A stretch of DNA of 64,000 nt from an uncultured virus (IMG/VR IMGVR_UViG_3300006736_000006) (Duplodnaviria > Heunggongvirae > Uroviricota > Caudoviricetes). The notes under the pieces are model-generated. The model was not told the origin of the DNA, did no database searches, and was given only the letters and a program-made list of their open reading frames with translations. The stretch lies in the IMG/VR virus record IMGVR_UViG_3300006736_000006, one strand, 5' to 3'. This document shows, piece after piece, positions 40,001 through 48,390 of this stretch. A program made the translations under genes and the position numbers. Every line of letters starts with the position of its first letter. Position 1 is the first letter of the stretch.

Positions 40001-40738
40001 TTTATCAAATTTTCCTATCTGTGACTGAGATGTTGACGTTCCTGCGTCATTATTTCCAGCATCAAAGCTAGTCGTATCTGTTGGAACTGGTGCGTATGCC
40101 TTAAAGTCTACATTTGAGGGACTGAATCTATTGTTATTGGTTATAAAGCTTTCAACAGCCTCTTGGGCTAGTGACTCAGGGGTGTATGAAGTTGAATCTA
40201 CCTCTGTGATTCCACTTTGTGGAATGGCATCTTCTCCATCAATGCTGCTTAGAAGGGTATTTCCAGATCGAAGCGGGCCCCCATTAACAACCTCTGTTCC
40301 GTCGTACTGCATCTTGGGACTCACCTTTCCAGTCTTATCAAGAATCTTATCAAGATCTTCACCAAACATACCACTATTTGAGTACGATGACATTACACTC
40401 CCAAGTGTGTCTCCCTGAGTTATAAAAGGCTTTGTTACGCCTGTATTTTCTGCTAGAACAATGCTGTCACCACGATTTCCTGAAGCTGCCTCTTTGTTTC
40501 CTCCTTCTACAGTAAATAAATTATCTGACATATCTACTATGAATTTTGCATAATCGCCTAGCAGCCCTATTGCCTCAACATCAAGATCTACGAGAGGCTG
40601 TCCTGTTCCCGGATCTATTCCTAGATCATCTCCCACCTTTGCAAGACCGTCAAAATCTTCATCCTCAACTGTGTACGTTATCTTATCAGATGTCGCTCCA
40701 ATTGATCTTAAAAAATCTTTTAATTTTTCTCTTGCCAT
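37091..40738 (-). CDS. Large virion structural protein with a tail-tube-initiator-like domain
   Basis: PFYFHDLR...F.AF...D.F......YGR.....Y..T.R.I.LSF segment, located between the tape measure and LysM genes. Confidence 0.6.
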   Translation of the reverse strand: MAREKLKDFLRSIGATSDKITYTVEDEDFDGLAKVGDDLGIDPGTGQPLVDLDVEAIGLLGDYAKFIVDMSDNLFTVEGGNKEAASGNRGDSIVLAENTGVTKPFITQGDTLGSVMSSYSNSGMFGEDLDKILDKTGKVSPKMQYDGTEVVNGGPLRSGNTLLSSIDGEDAIPQSGITEVDSTSYTPESLAQEAVESFITNNNRFSPSNVDFKAYAPVPTDTTSFDAGNNDAGTSTSQSQIGKFDKNSIKMINDNLKDVGSSLLLKMAGWDSSVTPGDSSNPDTFDFDKDDNLDNPNTPMRQIDPELFRARSAYNTPQFPKTGMSTRAGKGSFLTQDDLSSTKYTYSFGTTNTSDTQFSSEFNQDILIAQAAAAIAAMLVVAQETFGQISNMVNKRARLGNGPYFAGQSTIIATKAKFELIRNTVLTPTTYPYSDAVNQGFLVLFDGSVGGDPSQADEIGKYQQVQEAPGFWLAVARSVLRSFEYFATVNSDIMNGSVTSSSSSSLSNILNSISMSGILNILNVAATIGDVSLKMNGGMPGINSNHSVGPWNIDSLADGPGTRVSKSRTQDGLTSLSLAWRTSSTPALYMIPRNVMRAAEDMGTLVNGTNPLKGMMGSNLIKKTYIDASAEGPNARIPGEIVERMENTLDAEYVPFYFHDLRTNEIVSFHAFLTRLTDSFTPSYVRTSGYGRLDEVQVYKNTTRSIALSFYVVATSKDDFNEMWWKINKLTTLVYPSWTKGTKVTVGSDATESVFTQPFSQILGASPVIRMRVGDVIKGNYSKFNLARMFGIGDEDVMPVVQGEDAAVSATPPVPVAIAVKSKLRAEPFGTKAFSALFSSPLTLLGDGPNNTRIARALLSQLLVNGFANPLGISAIVSRMQDPDRSTNIIPLSPTVAGALATGTSVLSAGTAGTGLPLDWLTGYKPSEIVYLKATTGKLYKVASLDGGNVVQHPDNSSEYRVTRPLKAMVIFRSSVALEGKSAAHSSPTFKGPKRRGNPTQKTSYAVTVIDLGAPIHLMAKLFMVDHSDLLPDPNLLFNSTVMPTISGEALGKGTAQALVDEGATASGIPTDQLNIWMSDSARFMDENNNPITKAFASTAGRGLAGVLTRLEFDWLDESFNWEIDWNSRAPMGVKVDIAFTPIHDLPPGLDHSGYNRAPVYNVGEIMRYVAGDPYPDDGAASEDSYTRHGGTGAASNNPESPYEYADPKTWVNDE

Positions 40739-40959
40739 TCTTTTACACCCTCTTCAGACGTTAAGTGGTCAAGATTTTCTACCACGTTTTGAAATCCATC
40801 ATCTGTTGATATTTTTTCACCAAAATCATTGATAAATCTCTCGTATCCCTCTAGTATTTTCATCATGTCATTCTCAAGCTTTTCACGATCTTCGTCGCTT
40901 AGCTTTTCAGCACAGCTTTTATACATTGGATTGTTCCTAACCTTATCTATTAATGACAT
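40720..40959 (-). CDS. Hypothetical protein
   Basis: 79 aa ORF in the tail operon. Confidence 0.6.
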   Translation of the reverse strand: MSLIDKVRNNPMYKSCAEKLSDEDREKLENDMMKILEGYERFINDFGEKISTDDGFQNVVENLDHLTSEEGVKEWQEKN

Positions 40960-40970
40960 AAATATCTCAC

Positions 40971-43553
40971 CTATTCTACATTACCAAATGTGACTATTGT
41001 CTCTCCTGGTGATATTCCCAGGACCTGCTCTAATTTTTCTCTACCTATCTGTATCGTTAGTTGAACAGGCACCTCTGATGTCTGTGCGGCTGTGTTTGCA
41101 TCTGACAATAGCTCTTTTATAGATAGCAGGTAGTTTGCAGACTCTACACTTTGCTCTAATACAGACTCAGCCATCTCCTCGCCTGCTCTCCTTGTTAGTT
41201 CAAGAATGTTTGCTATTGTGCTAGAACTTTCCTGTGCCTGCTCAGAGTTTATAGCAAGGACATTTGCAACCGTTCCACCAGGTTCTTCCTCTATAGTCTC
41301 ATCATCTCCGACAAGAAGTTGGAATATACCCTGATTACTTGTGCGTATTTCCTCGATATGACTGGTTGCTGCTGCGCCTAGCCCGCCAGTAGCGGCTCGT
41401 CTACCCTCACCGGCTGCTGCCTCCGCCTGTGCCGCTGTTGCCTCCTCTGTGGCTTTTCTTTGAGCATCTGCTGAGCTAGCAAGCTGTGACCATGTTGTTG
41501 TACCACCAGAAACAAAATCCCTTATCTCTTCTGAGCTCGCTGGAAGCATCTCTCTAACACTGGATATTGTGTCTTCGGTTATCGCACCCCCTTCTGACTT
41601 TATCTGCTCTAGAAGGGCCTTTGCGGTCTCCTGATCTGCCATGGTCTGTCTCTCTGCAGATGCAGCCTGGCTATTGAATATAAGCTGTAACTCTTCCTCC
41701 CAGTCCTCTCCTAGCTTCATTCTCTCTGCCAGTGATTTTCTCTCTTCCTTAGTTAAGTCTGAGTAGCTTGCTCCTAGACGGCCTATCTGCTTTGCCATCT
41801 CATTGTACATGGTTCCTGACGTTTTGACCTGTTTCTTGAGTTCCTTTGTAGCGATATCTGTCATATTGCTAAATGAATTCTGAGCGCCAGCATCTATCCT
41901 ATCAAACGAGGCATCAAAACCCTCTCTCATCATTCTAGAGACCTCAGACTCAGACTTACCTGCTAGGCCAGAATCTTTCCACAACTCCTTCATTCGTTTG
42001 ATCATGGCATCGAATTTAGACTCGATACGTCCGTAGGCTTCAGTGAATCCGTCCACCATGGTATTAGGAATCTCACCATTGACACCTGCTGCTTCTGCCA
42101 TAGTGGTCGCTGAGGTTGAAGCCATCTCTGTCAATTCGGCGGCTATATGTGATGTGGATTGTTCAACAGACAGTGCAGCATCTTGCATGCCAGACGTGAG
42201 ATCTCTTTCAACCATGGTACGCAGTGCTTCTCCTGATAGGTGAGCAGCATCCCTGATCATGTCTATGTCATCTGTGACCGCTGCGAGTGAGTCCTTTGGA
42301 TCCATATCTTCGGATGCGGCGGCTAGGTCCTCCATACCACTTATTGCAGCCCGTGGATCTAGAAGCCTCTCAACAGACTCAACATCCTTAAGCTGCAGCT
42401 GAGACTGAATAAATCTCTTCTCATAGAGGGTTAGCGTGTCTACAGACTTTCCTGCAGCGAGAAAGCTCTCCCTCATGTCCCTTAGGAACTTGTCCTGATC
42501 AGTGTTTGCAGACTCCATCATGGCCATTGCATCCATCTGAAGACCGAATACAGAGGTTAGATTGCTAACTGTTCCAGCTGCCTGATCAAACCCCTGGAAT
42601 TTTCCAAGCATGCTCCCAAGGTCCTGGTAGTCTATCCCTATCTGCAATAGCGCTGTAGAGATTCTAGCTGCCTCTTGTACATTAACATTTCCAAAGTTTT
42701 GAGTGTCAGCTATTATTCCCTCTATATTCTTTGATATCAGCTTCGATGATATTCCAGTTCGTGCCTCAATCCCCTTTGCTGCAGCAGCGGCTTCCCTGAG
42801 CATGTCAGTTCCAGCCTTTCCTGTGAGGCTTATCTGACGCTGAACGAATGTTCCAATCTGATCCTGAGATAGTCCTAGACCCTTTCCAAAGACAGCCATC
42901 TCCCTGACAGTCTCTTCTGTGGCATCTCGTGTCATTCTTAGTGAGTTTATCGGATCATATGCGACCTTATTAAAGTACGACATATAATCTTCCAGATTAT
43001 TAAATGCCATCTGTATTGGCTGATTCTGGATCCTGAATGCTGTATCCCCGACATTCGTATAATCTTCGTACGTGGCTCTAACAATTTTTCTCATCTGGTT
43101 GGATAATTCGTGTGCACCAACGTTTATATCTTCTCCAAGACCTCCAAACTGTCGCTGTATTTCGCTTACGGCCCTTCTATTCTCATCGTCGACATACGAT
43201 GAGATCGACTTCCCAGCTCCATCCCACGTTTTCTCAATATTTGATAAAAGGCCCTGTGACGCAGCGCCTACCGTGGCCATACCCTCTGCTGCCTCTGATG
43301 CTCCGGCTGCGAAGCCTCCGACTCCATCCTGGAGGTCCTCTGAGCCTGTCCTAAGATTAGAACCAGCCTCTCTATATGCCGCTGATATCTCTGCGTCAAC
43401 TGACGCCATATCTAAAGCAGCACCCTCTGCCTTTTGCTGTATAAGACCGTGTATTCGAACCTGCTCTAAGAGAGATTCATTAGCAAGCTTTATAGATTCA
43501 TTAACTGCATCTACTAGACGTTTTTGCTCTTGTAATTCTCGTGAAGTAGCCAC
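40971..43553 (-). CDS. Tail tape measure protein
   Basis: Ala/Glu/Gln-rich helical 860 aa protein downstream of the tube and chaperone genes. Confidence 0.75.
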   Translation of the reverse strand: MATSRELQEQKRLVDAVNESIKLANESLLEQVRIHGLIQQKAEGAALDMASVDAEISAAYREAGSNLRTGSEDLQDGVGGFAAGASEAAEGMATVGAASQGLLSNIEKTWDGAGKSISSYVDDENRRAVSEIQRQFGGLGEDINVGAHELSNQMRKIVRATYEDYTNVGDTAFRIQNQPIQMAFNNLEDYMSYFNKVAYDPINSLRMTRDATEETVREMAVFGKGLGLSQDQIGTFVQRQISLTGKAGTDMLREAAAAAKGIEARTGISSKLISKNIEGIIADTQNFGNVNVQEAARISTALLQIGIDYQDLGSMLGKFQGFDQAAGTVSNLTSVFGLQMDAMAMMESANTDQDKFLRDMRESFLAAGKSVDTLTLYEKRFIQSQLQLKDVESVERLLDPRAAISGMEDLAAASEDMDPKDSLAAVTDDIDMIRDAAHLSGEALRTMVERDLTSGMQDAALSVEQSTSHIAAELTEMASTSATTMAEAAGVNGEIPNTMVDGFTEAYGRIESKFDAMIKRMKELWKDSGLAGKSESEVSRMMREGFDASFDRIDAGAQNSFSNMTDIATKELKKQVKTSGTMYNEMAKQIGRLGASYSDLTKEERKSLAERMKLGEDWEEELQLIFNSQAASAERQTMADQETAKALLEQIKSEGGAITEDTISSVREMLPASSEEIRDFVSGGTTTWSQLASSADAQRKATEEATAAQAEAAAGEGRRAATGGLGAAATSHIEEIRTSNQGIFQLLVGDDETIEEEPGGTVANVLAINSEQAQESSSTIANILELTRRAGEEMAESVLEQSVESANYLLSIKELLSDANTAAQTSEVPVQLTIQIGREKLEQVLGISPGETIVTFGNVE

Positions 43554-43589
43554 GCAAGCCTCCGGCTATACATATTCAGTAAACGAAGA

Positions 43590-43866
43590 TCACTTAAAGC
43601 TCTTTTCACCAGAAGACTTAATCATATCATCGACACGCTTCATGTTATCCTGCATGCTTGATGGTCTTTCCGTCTCCTGTTGACCCATTTTTTTCTTTCT
43701 TGCGTCTGATCTCTTCTTAAACTCTGTGCTAAGACGATCTATAAACCACCGCCTATATGTCACAGGAAGCCCTCTTACATCAGAGTAACTCATATTGAGG
43801 TGATACTGAAGTAGAAATGCCTCTTCTAGAAAAGACTCTCTCCACTCAGTCCGACGGCCAAAAAAA
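43590..43866 (-). CDS. Second tail-chaperone ORF (possible frameshift extension)
   Basis: EEAFLLQYHLNMSYSDV..LP..YRRWFI.RL. Overlaps the end of the upstream gene at a GGGTTTTTTT run and has no convincing own RBS. Confidence 0.6.
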
Positions 43867-44658
43867 CCCGGCGCCGATCGGAAGAGAGACACGAGATTCC
43901 TGATTGCATTGAGCGCAGTTCATCCATACAGACATATCAATTCCTGGCTCATTATTCTCGATAAATGTTCTTAACTTTCTCGAGTCTAGGGCAGGCATGT
44001 CTTTGACAAATGCGTTTATCTTGTTTCTATCACTTACTCCATCAATTGAAACAATTAGCTGCTCAAGTCTAGAAGTGACAAGACTATCAATTTTTGCGTC
44101 AGGCATCATCTTTCTGCGGCGCTCAGCCGTCAGATTCATCTCTTCCTCATCAGCCCCCCTTAGGAATCTGAAATGGACCTCTTTCCCTGTGACGGGAAGA
44201 GTAAATAAGAATATATTCTCTCCTTCTCTAATGGGATCTAAAGACAACCTTTTTATTTCAAGCCCAGATAGGTCAAAATCTTGGTTGCCTTTCTTTCCAC
44301 ATTCTGGACAGCTAACATCTGCCTTATATGCAGTCCCATACCCGGTGATTCTCACCGAAACCATTAGAGCATTTCTATCTCCAATTAGCATATCTCTAAC
44401 GTCAACATTATCATCAACTAGACAAGACTCTAAAAGTGTAGTTATCACTATTCCCTGCTGAATAAGCGCTCGAGATGAAAGAATATCCTCCTCTCTAGCT
44501 GTCATAGACTTAACATGCAGAATATTTCTATTATGAAGTGCTGATCCCTGTGGATAAACCTTACCCTCAGAGGGAACAGGAACTGCTTCAACAGGCACAT
44601 CCCATCCAAAATCATCCTTCATTACACTGTGTTTTTGAATACTTGGTTGGTCTGACAA
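43846..44658 (-). CDS. Baseplate-hub/tail assembly chaperone (T4 gp26-like)
   Basis: PSEG..Y, MTAREEDIL, GDRNA...R..GYG, two CxxC motifs and C-terminal FFWP. Lies between the tube and tape measure genes. Confidence 0.78.
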   Translation of the reverse strand: MSDQPSIQKHSVMKDDFGWDVPVEAVPVPSEGKVYPQGSALHNRNILHVKSMTAREEDILSSRALIQQGIVITTLLESCLVDDNVDVRDMLIGDRNALMVSVRITGYGTAYKADVSCPECGKKGNQDFDLSGLEIKRLSLDPIREGENIFLFTLPVTGKEVHFRFLRGADEEEMNLTAERRRKMMPDAKIDSLVTSRLEQLIVSIDGVSDRNKINAFVKDMPALDSRKLRTFIENNEPGIDMSVWMNCAQCNQESRVSLPIGAGFFWPSD

Positions 44659-44715
44659 AACTTCCTCTTTCTTTATTCTAAAATAATACTAGGATATGTG
44701 TAAAGGTAAATTAAA

Positions 44716-44746
44716 ATAAAAAGCCCTCCTGATTCAGGAGGGCTTT
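44716..44746 (-). terminator. Rho-independent terminator after tail tube gene
   Basis: AAAGCCCTCCTG-3 nt-CAGGAGGGCTTT followed by a T-rich tract on the minus strand. Confidence 0.88.
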
Positions 44747-44767
44747 AAATAAATAAAATTTTTAAAA

Positions 44768-45259
44768 TCAGTATTGTAATACGGCGTTATCGTACCGTAG
44801 TGTGATGGATATCTCTACAGGGTCTGTGTCATTTTCATATGTAAGGTTATTAAATGTTGCGTCCTGTAAAAACGCTCCCTTTATATCCCAGAGCTCCACC
44901 ACTGTTCCAATGGGATCAAGAAGCTTGAGCTGACAGTCACGCTTATAAAAGTCTGCATACCCAGCACGTCCAGACACAGACTCATAGTGTGTTCTAATCC
45001 ACTCCATGACTTGTTGAGCTCCCGAGGGTGCGATCGGATCATACAGTGTTAGCGCGATCGGATCAAATGTGAGCCTCCCTGATACATAACGCTTCGCGTT
45101 GATCCAGGGAATTTCCTTTTGAGCCAGAGTAAATTTAGGTCTGCTAGTTGTTTTCATCAAAAAGGCATCAATGCCCTCTATCGCAAAAATCCACCTAAAC
45201 TGCCTTTTGGGCTCAAATTTATTAGGTAACATATCGGTGACGGATAACGTCTCAGCCAT
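44768..45259 (-). CDS. Tail tube protein (gp19-like)
   Basis: FEPKRQFRW, YDPIAPSGAQQVMEW, YKRD..L..LDP.G..VE.W and LRYD. Directly after the sheath. Confidence 0.9.
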   Translation of the reverse strand: MAETLSVTDMLPNKFEPKRQFRWIFAIEGIDAFLMKTTSRPKFTLAQKEIPWINAKRYVSGRLTFDPIALTLYDPIAPSGAQQVMEWIRTHYESVSGRAGYADFYKRDCQLKLLDPIGTVVELWDIKGAFLQDATFNNLTYENDTDPVEISITLRYDNAVLQY

Positions 45260-45316
45260 TTTTTCTATCTCCTAAAGAGTTTATCATTCTTAAGTATCTA
45301 CCTTGCAAAATTTATT

Positions 45317-48300
45317 CTATGCATTTTGAAACGCATCTCCTGCATTTGTAACAACAAAGTCAAGTGCTATAAATTCTGCCGTACGTGTAGGCTGCAAGAA
45401 TATCTTACCCCTTAGGGTGTTATTCTCAATATCAGCCTGCGTTGTTGTTGTTGCATCGATTACAACCTTGTATCTATCAACACCACTTCTCTCCTGCACG
45501 CTCTGCAATATTGGCGTAACAAGAGCATTAAACCTATCAAGAGTCTCCTGTCTATTTGGTTCAAATAGCATAGTATTTGCAACAGCTCTAACAGATCTTC
45601 TCACGTTTATGAGAAGCCTTCTAACATTGACCCTGTCTAGTGAAGAGTCTGTTGCAAGAAGAGTCTTTTGACCAAAGACCATCAATCCTGTTCCTGGGAA
45701 TGCTGTGATCGGATTTATATCTGCATCATAGAGTGTATCCATATTTGCCTTGCTAACAGGAACCTTGGCATACAAGGAGTCCTTTAGCGCGCCTCTTGTA
45801 AATCCTGCCGGTGCAAACCATGGGTACCCAATTGAATCGTTTATTGCAAATGCGCCCAATACTGCGACTGAGGGCGGTGCCTGAACATTTGTTTTTGTCG
45901 TGGGATCTGTCATGATAACATCAGGAAAATACGCCGCAGCAAAGGAGGAATTTAATCCTCTATTCTTAAAGGCTGCCACCGTGTAGGCTACACTTGGATT
46001 AGAGACTGATGATGTTACAACTGTATTTATCTCATCTCTCTCCTCTATGTCCATTATATAAAGTGCATCAAATCTATCTTCAATAGCATCTATTGCGTAT
46101 GTTGTAACAGAAGAATGCCTTATTCCAGGTATAACTAAGAGATTTATATCTACGTCTGCCTTTGTTGCCATCATGTCGACGGCCTTTCTATATGCAGCTA
46201 CTGTGGGACCATTTGTTCCCCCTTGATTTGATTCATCATCCATCTCTCTTTTAACTGCTGCATTTGCAAGAGCCACTCTATCCCTATTGAACATGTCCGT
46301 TCCGTCAAATCCTCCCTGAAGGACGAACGTGAACTTTCCAAACCTTCTATTTCCCTGAGTCTTTAGATCCGAGACCTTTAGTGCTCTAGTCTTATTTGAC
46401 TCATTTGCAGTTATGGATCCTTTTCTCACGTAAGATGCGCTAACCCACTCGTTAACATCCGCTATAGTATCTGATCCTGTTCTAACCTTAATTCTCTCAA
46501 GAGAGAATAGATTATTATTAAATCTATCACAGTCTAATACTGTTCCTCCTGAATCTGCTACTCCAGGATTATTTCCAACAGAAAATTTTCTGTTAGAGAC
46601 TGCGAAATCTGGGAAATATTTTACTCTAGATCTCCATGTATTATCTTGAACAGCAGAAAGATTGGGCTTTGAAACTGATACCTTTCTAGAAAGCTGACAT
46701 CCCCAATAGAAAGCTGAATTTGTCTTCTTATTGGGAGATGTTCCTACTGCTACACTTTCTCTAAACTGAACTGGCGGCGTTACAGCTCTTCTATATGAAA
46801 TAGCACCTTGCCCCTGAAAGCGCGGGTTGCTTGTGGCATCACCAACTGTAGACAATATGCTGCTTCCAGATGTGACAAGGTGACTAAGACCTCTAAATCC
46901 TAGCGGAAGCGAGTCCTGTGGAACCTCTCCTGCCTTGAGCCCAGCACTCTGTTCTATCCTAATGTAATTTGACATGACAGGGTGATTTCCCTTGACAACT
47001 AACTTTTGTGATGCTGTTGCTTGATCAAAGTCAAAATACGTATTTTGATCCCCAATGACACGAGCTATAAACTTATCACTAGAAGGATCAAGTGAAAGAC
47101 CTCTATAGGACTCTAGAGGAATCTTCTCTTCATCTGTGTCATCAAACGCTCTTACAACAAGATCAAAGGTTCCATATAGATATGAGTCAACCAATGACGG
47201 CTTTATATTCTCAATTGATATCTTAAAGAGATCATTACTAAATTCTCCATCTGATATTGAGAATATTCTGAATAGACTGTGCCTTGTTCCTGCATAGTCT
47301 TGTGATATTACGGCAGGAGATCGCGGTGCCCTGAATCTATCCTCAAACGACTCATAGTCTGGAACTGATGTATTTCCTGTATCTCTAGCTAATGAGCTAG
47401 TTAGAATAAACGCTATATCTTCCTGTACACCAGCTGATGTATAGCTTTGGAATCCCGGATGTATGATTCCTGATCCTGTTGCCTTGCAGAATGCTGGGTG
47501 GATGTCGTATCTAGCATATAGCAGGTGACCCTTCTTCTCCATCTCAAGCGGATCTGTGTTAAGAACGTTTCCAAAGTAAGCTGGTGACTCTAGGTCAAAT
47601 GACGCTGTAATTATATTTGGACCGTCACCTGAATTCTTGTGACCGTTTATAAGTATTACGAAATTCTGAGTCGCAAGATTCATTGTTCCTGTCATCGCGC
47701 CGCCGTATGCGAAGCTGGCGGGACCTATCATTCCGTTTCCAGCTGATGCTGTAACAGCACCAGTTCCAGGAGTATTGCTGGCCTGACCTGATCCAGACAG
47801 CGACAGTATAACCCCGGACGGAGCCATGAGGACACCGCGAATAATAGGGTGAGCTCCTGTTCCGGCTAAAATTGAAGCGCCTTGTATTCCGGCATCTCTA
47901 AGCAGTGAAGACCCCGCTGAGTCAGAAAGGAAACATCCAAGGAAGTATGTCCTACCCAGGTCACTGTACGGGCTAGTTGCGTAAGAATTTCTTGCTACAA
48001 CACCTCTCTCTGATACCTGCTGTGATCCAACGACAAATCCTGCGCTTGTAACCTTTCCTGTGCTAGTACTTCTCTTCTTACAATCTCCTGCTCCAAGTAC
48101 CCTTATATATGTTAGAGCCTGTGCTGTCTTTAAAAACTGACTAACTGCGAGTGGGCCAAATTTTTCACCGTCTGTGTTTCCAAATAGTTGTGCAAAATTT
48201 CTATAACTGGCTATCGTAACTGGGACAAAAGCAGGTCCCTGATTAGCAGTTCCCACAACACCCGCAGGGGTTCCCACAGGACCTGCAACTGAGGGCGCTG

Positions 48301-48355
48301 AAAGGTCTATTTCAGTTGCTGTAACACCGGCACTGTTAAAAACTGTCTCAGCCAT
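45317..48355 (-). CDS. Tail sheath protein (paralogue 2)
   Basis: N-terminus SAGV...EIDLS..GPAFVP. C-terminus PWFAPAGFTRG, INPI, FGQKT, DRVNVRRLL and PTRTAEFI. Confidence 0.93.
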   Translation of the reverse strand: MAETVFNSAGVTATEIDLSAPSVAGPVGTPAGVVGTANQGPAFVPVTIASYRNFAQLFGNTDGEKFGPLAVSQFLKTAQALTYIRVLGAGDCKKRSTSTGKVTSAGFVVGSQQVSERGVVARNSYATSPYSDLGRTYFLGCFLSDSAGSSLLRDAGIQGASILAGTGAHPIIRGVLMAPSGVILSLSGSGQASNTPGTGAVTASAGNGMIGPASFAYGGAMTGTMNLATQNFVILINGHKNSGDGPNIITASFDLESPAYFGNVLNTDPLEMEKKGHLLYARYDIHPAFCKATGSGIIHPGFQSYTSAGVQEDIAFILTSSLARDTGNTSVPDYESFEDRFRAPRSPAVISQDYAGTRHSLFRIFSISDGEFSNDLFKISIENIKPSLVDSYLYGTFDLVVRAFDDTDEEKIPLESYRGLSLDPSSDKFIARVIGDQNTYFDFDQATASQKLVVKGNHPVMSNYIRIEQSAGLKAGEVPQDSLPLGFRGLSHLVTSGSSILSTVGDATSNPRFQGQGAISYRRAVTPPVQFRESVAVGTSPNKKTNSAFYWGCQLSRKVSVSKPNLSAVQDNTWRSRVKYFPDFAVSNRKFSVGNNPGVADSGGTVLDCDRFNNNLFSLERIKVRTGSDTIADVNEWVSASYVRKGSITANESNKTRALKVSDLKTQGNRRFGKFTFVLQGGFDGTDMFNRDRVALANAAVKREMDDESNQGGTNGPTVAAYRKAVDMMATKADVDINLLVIPGIRHSSVTTYAIDAIEDRFDALYIMDIEERDEINTVVTSSVSNPSVAYTVAAFKNRGLNSSFAAAYFPDVIMTDPTTKTNVQAPPSVAVLGAFAINDSIGYPWFAPAGFTRGALKDSLYAKVPVSKANMDTLYDADINPITAFPGTGLMVFGQKTLLATDSSLDRVNVRRLLINVRRSVRAVANTMLFEPNRQETLDRFNALVTPILQSVQERSGVDRYKVVIDATTTTQADIENNTLRGKIFLQPTRTAEFIALDFVVTNAGDAFQNA

Positions 48356-48390
48356 TTATCTCTCCTAAAGATTCTATCAATATGTATCCG

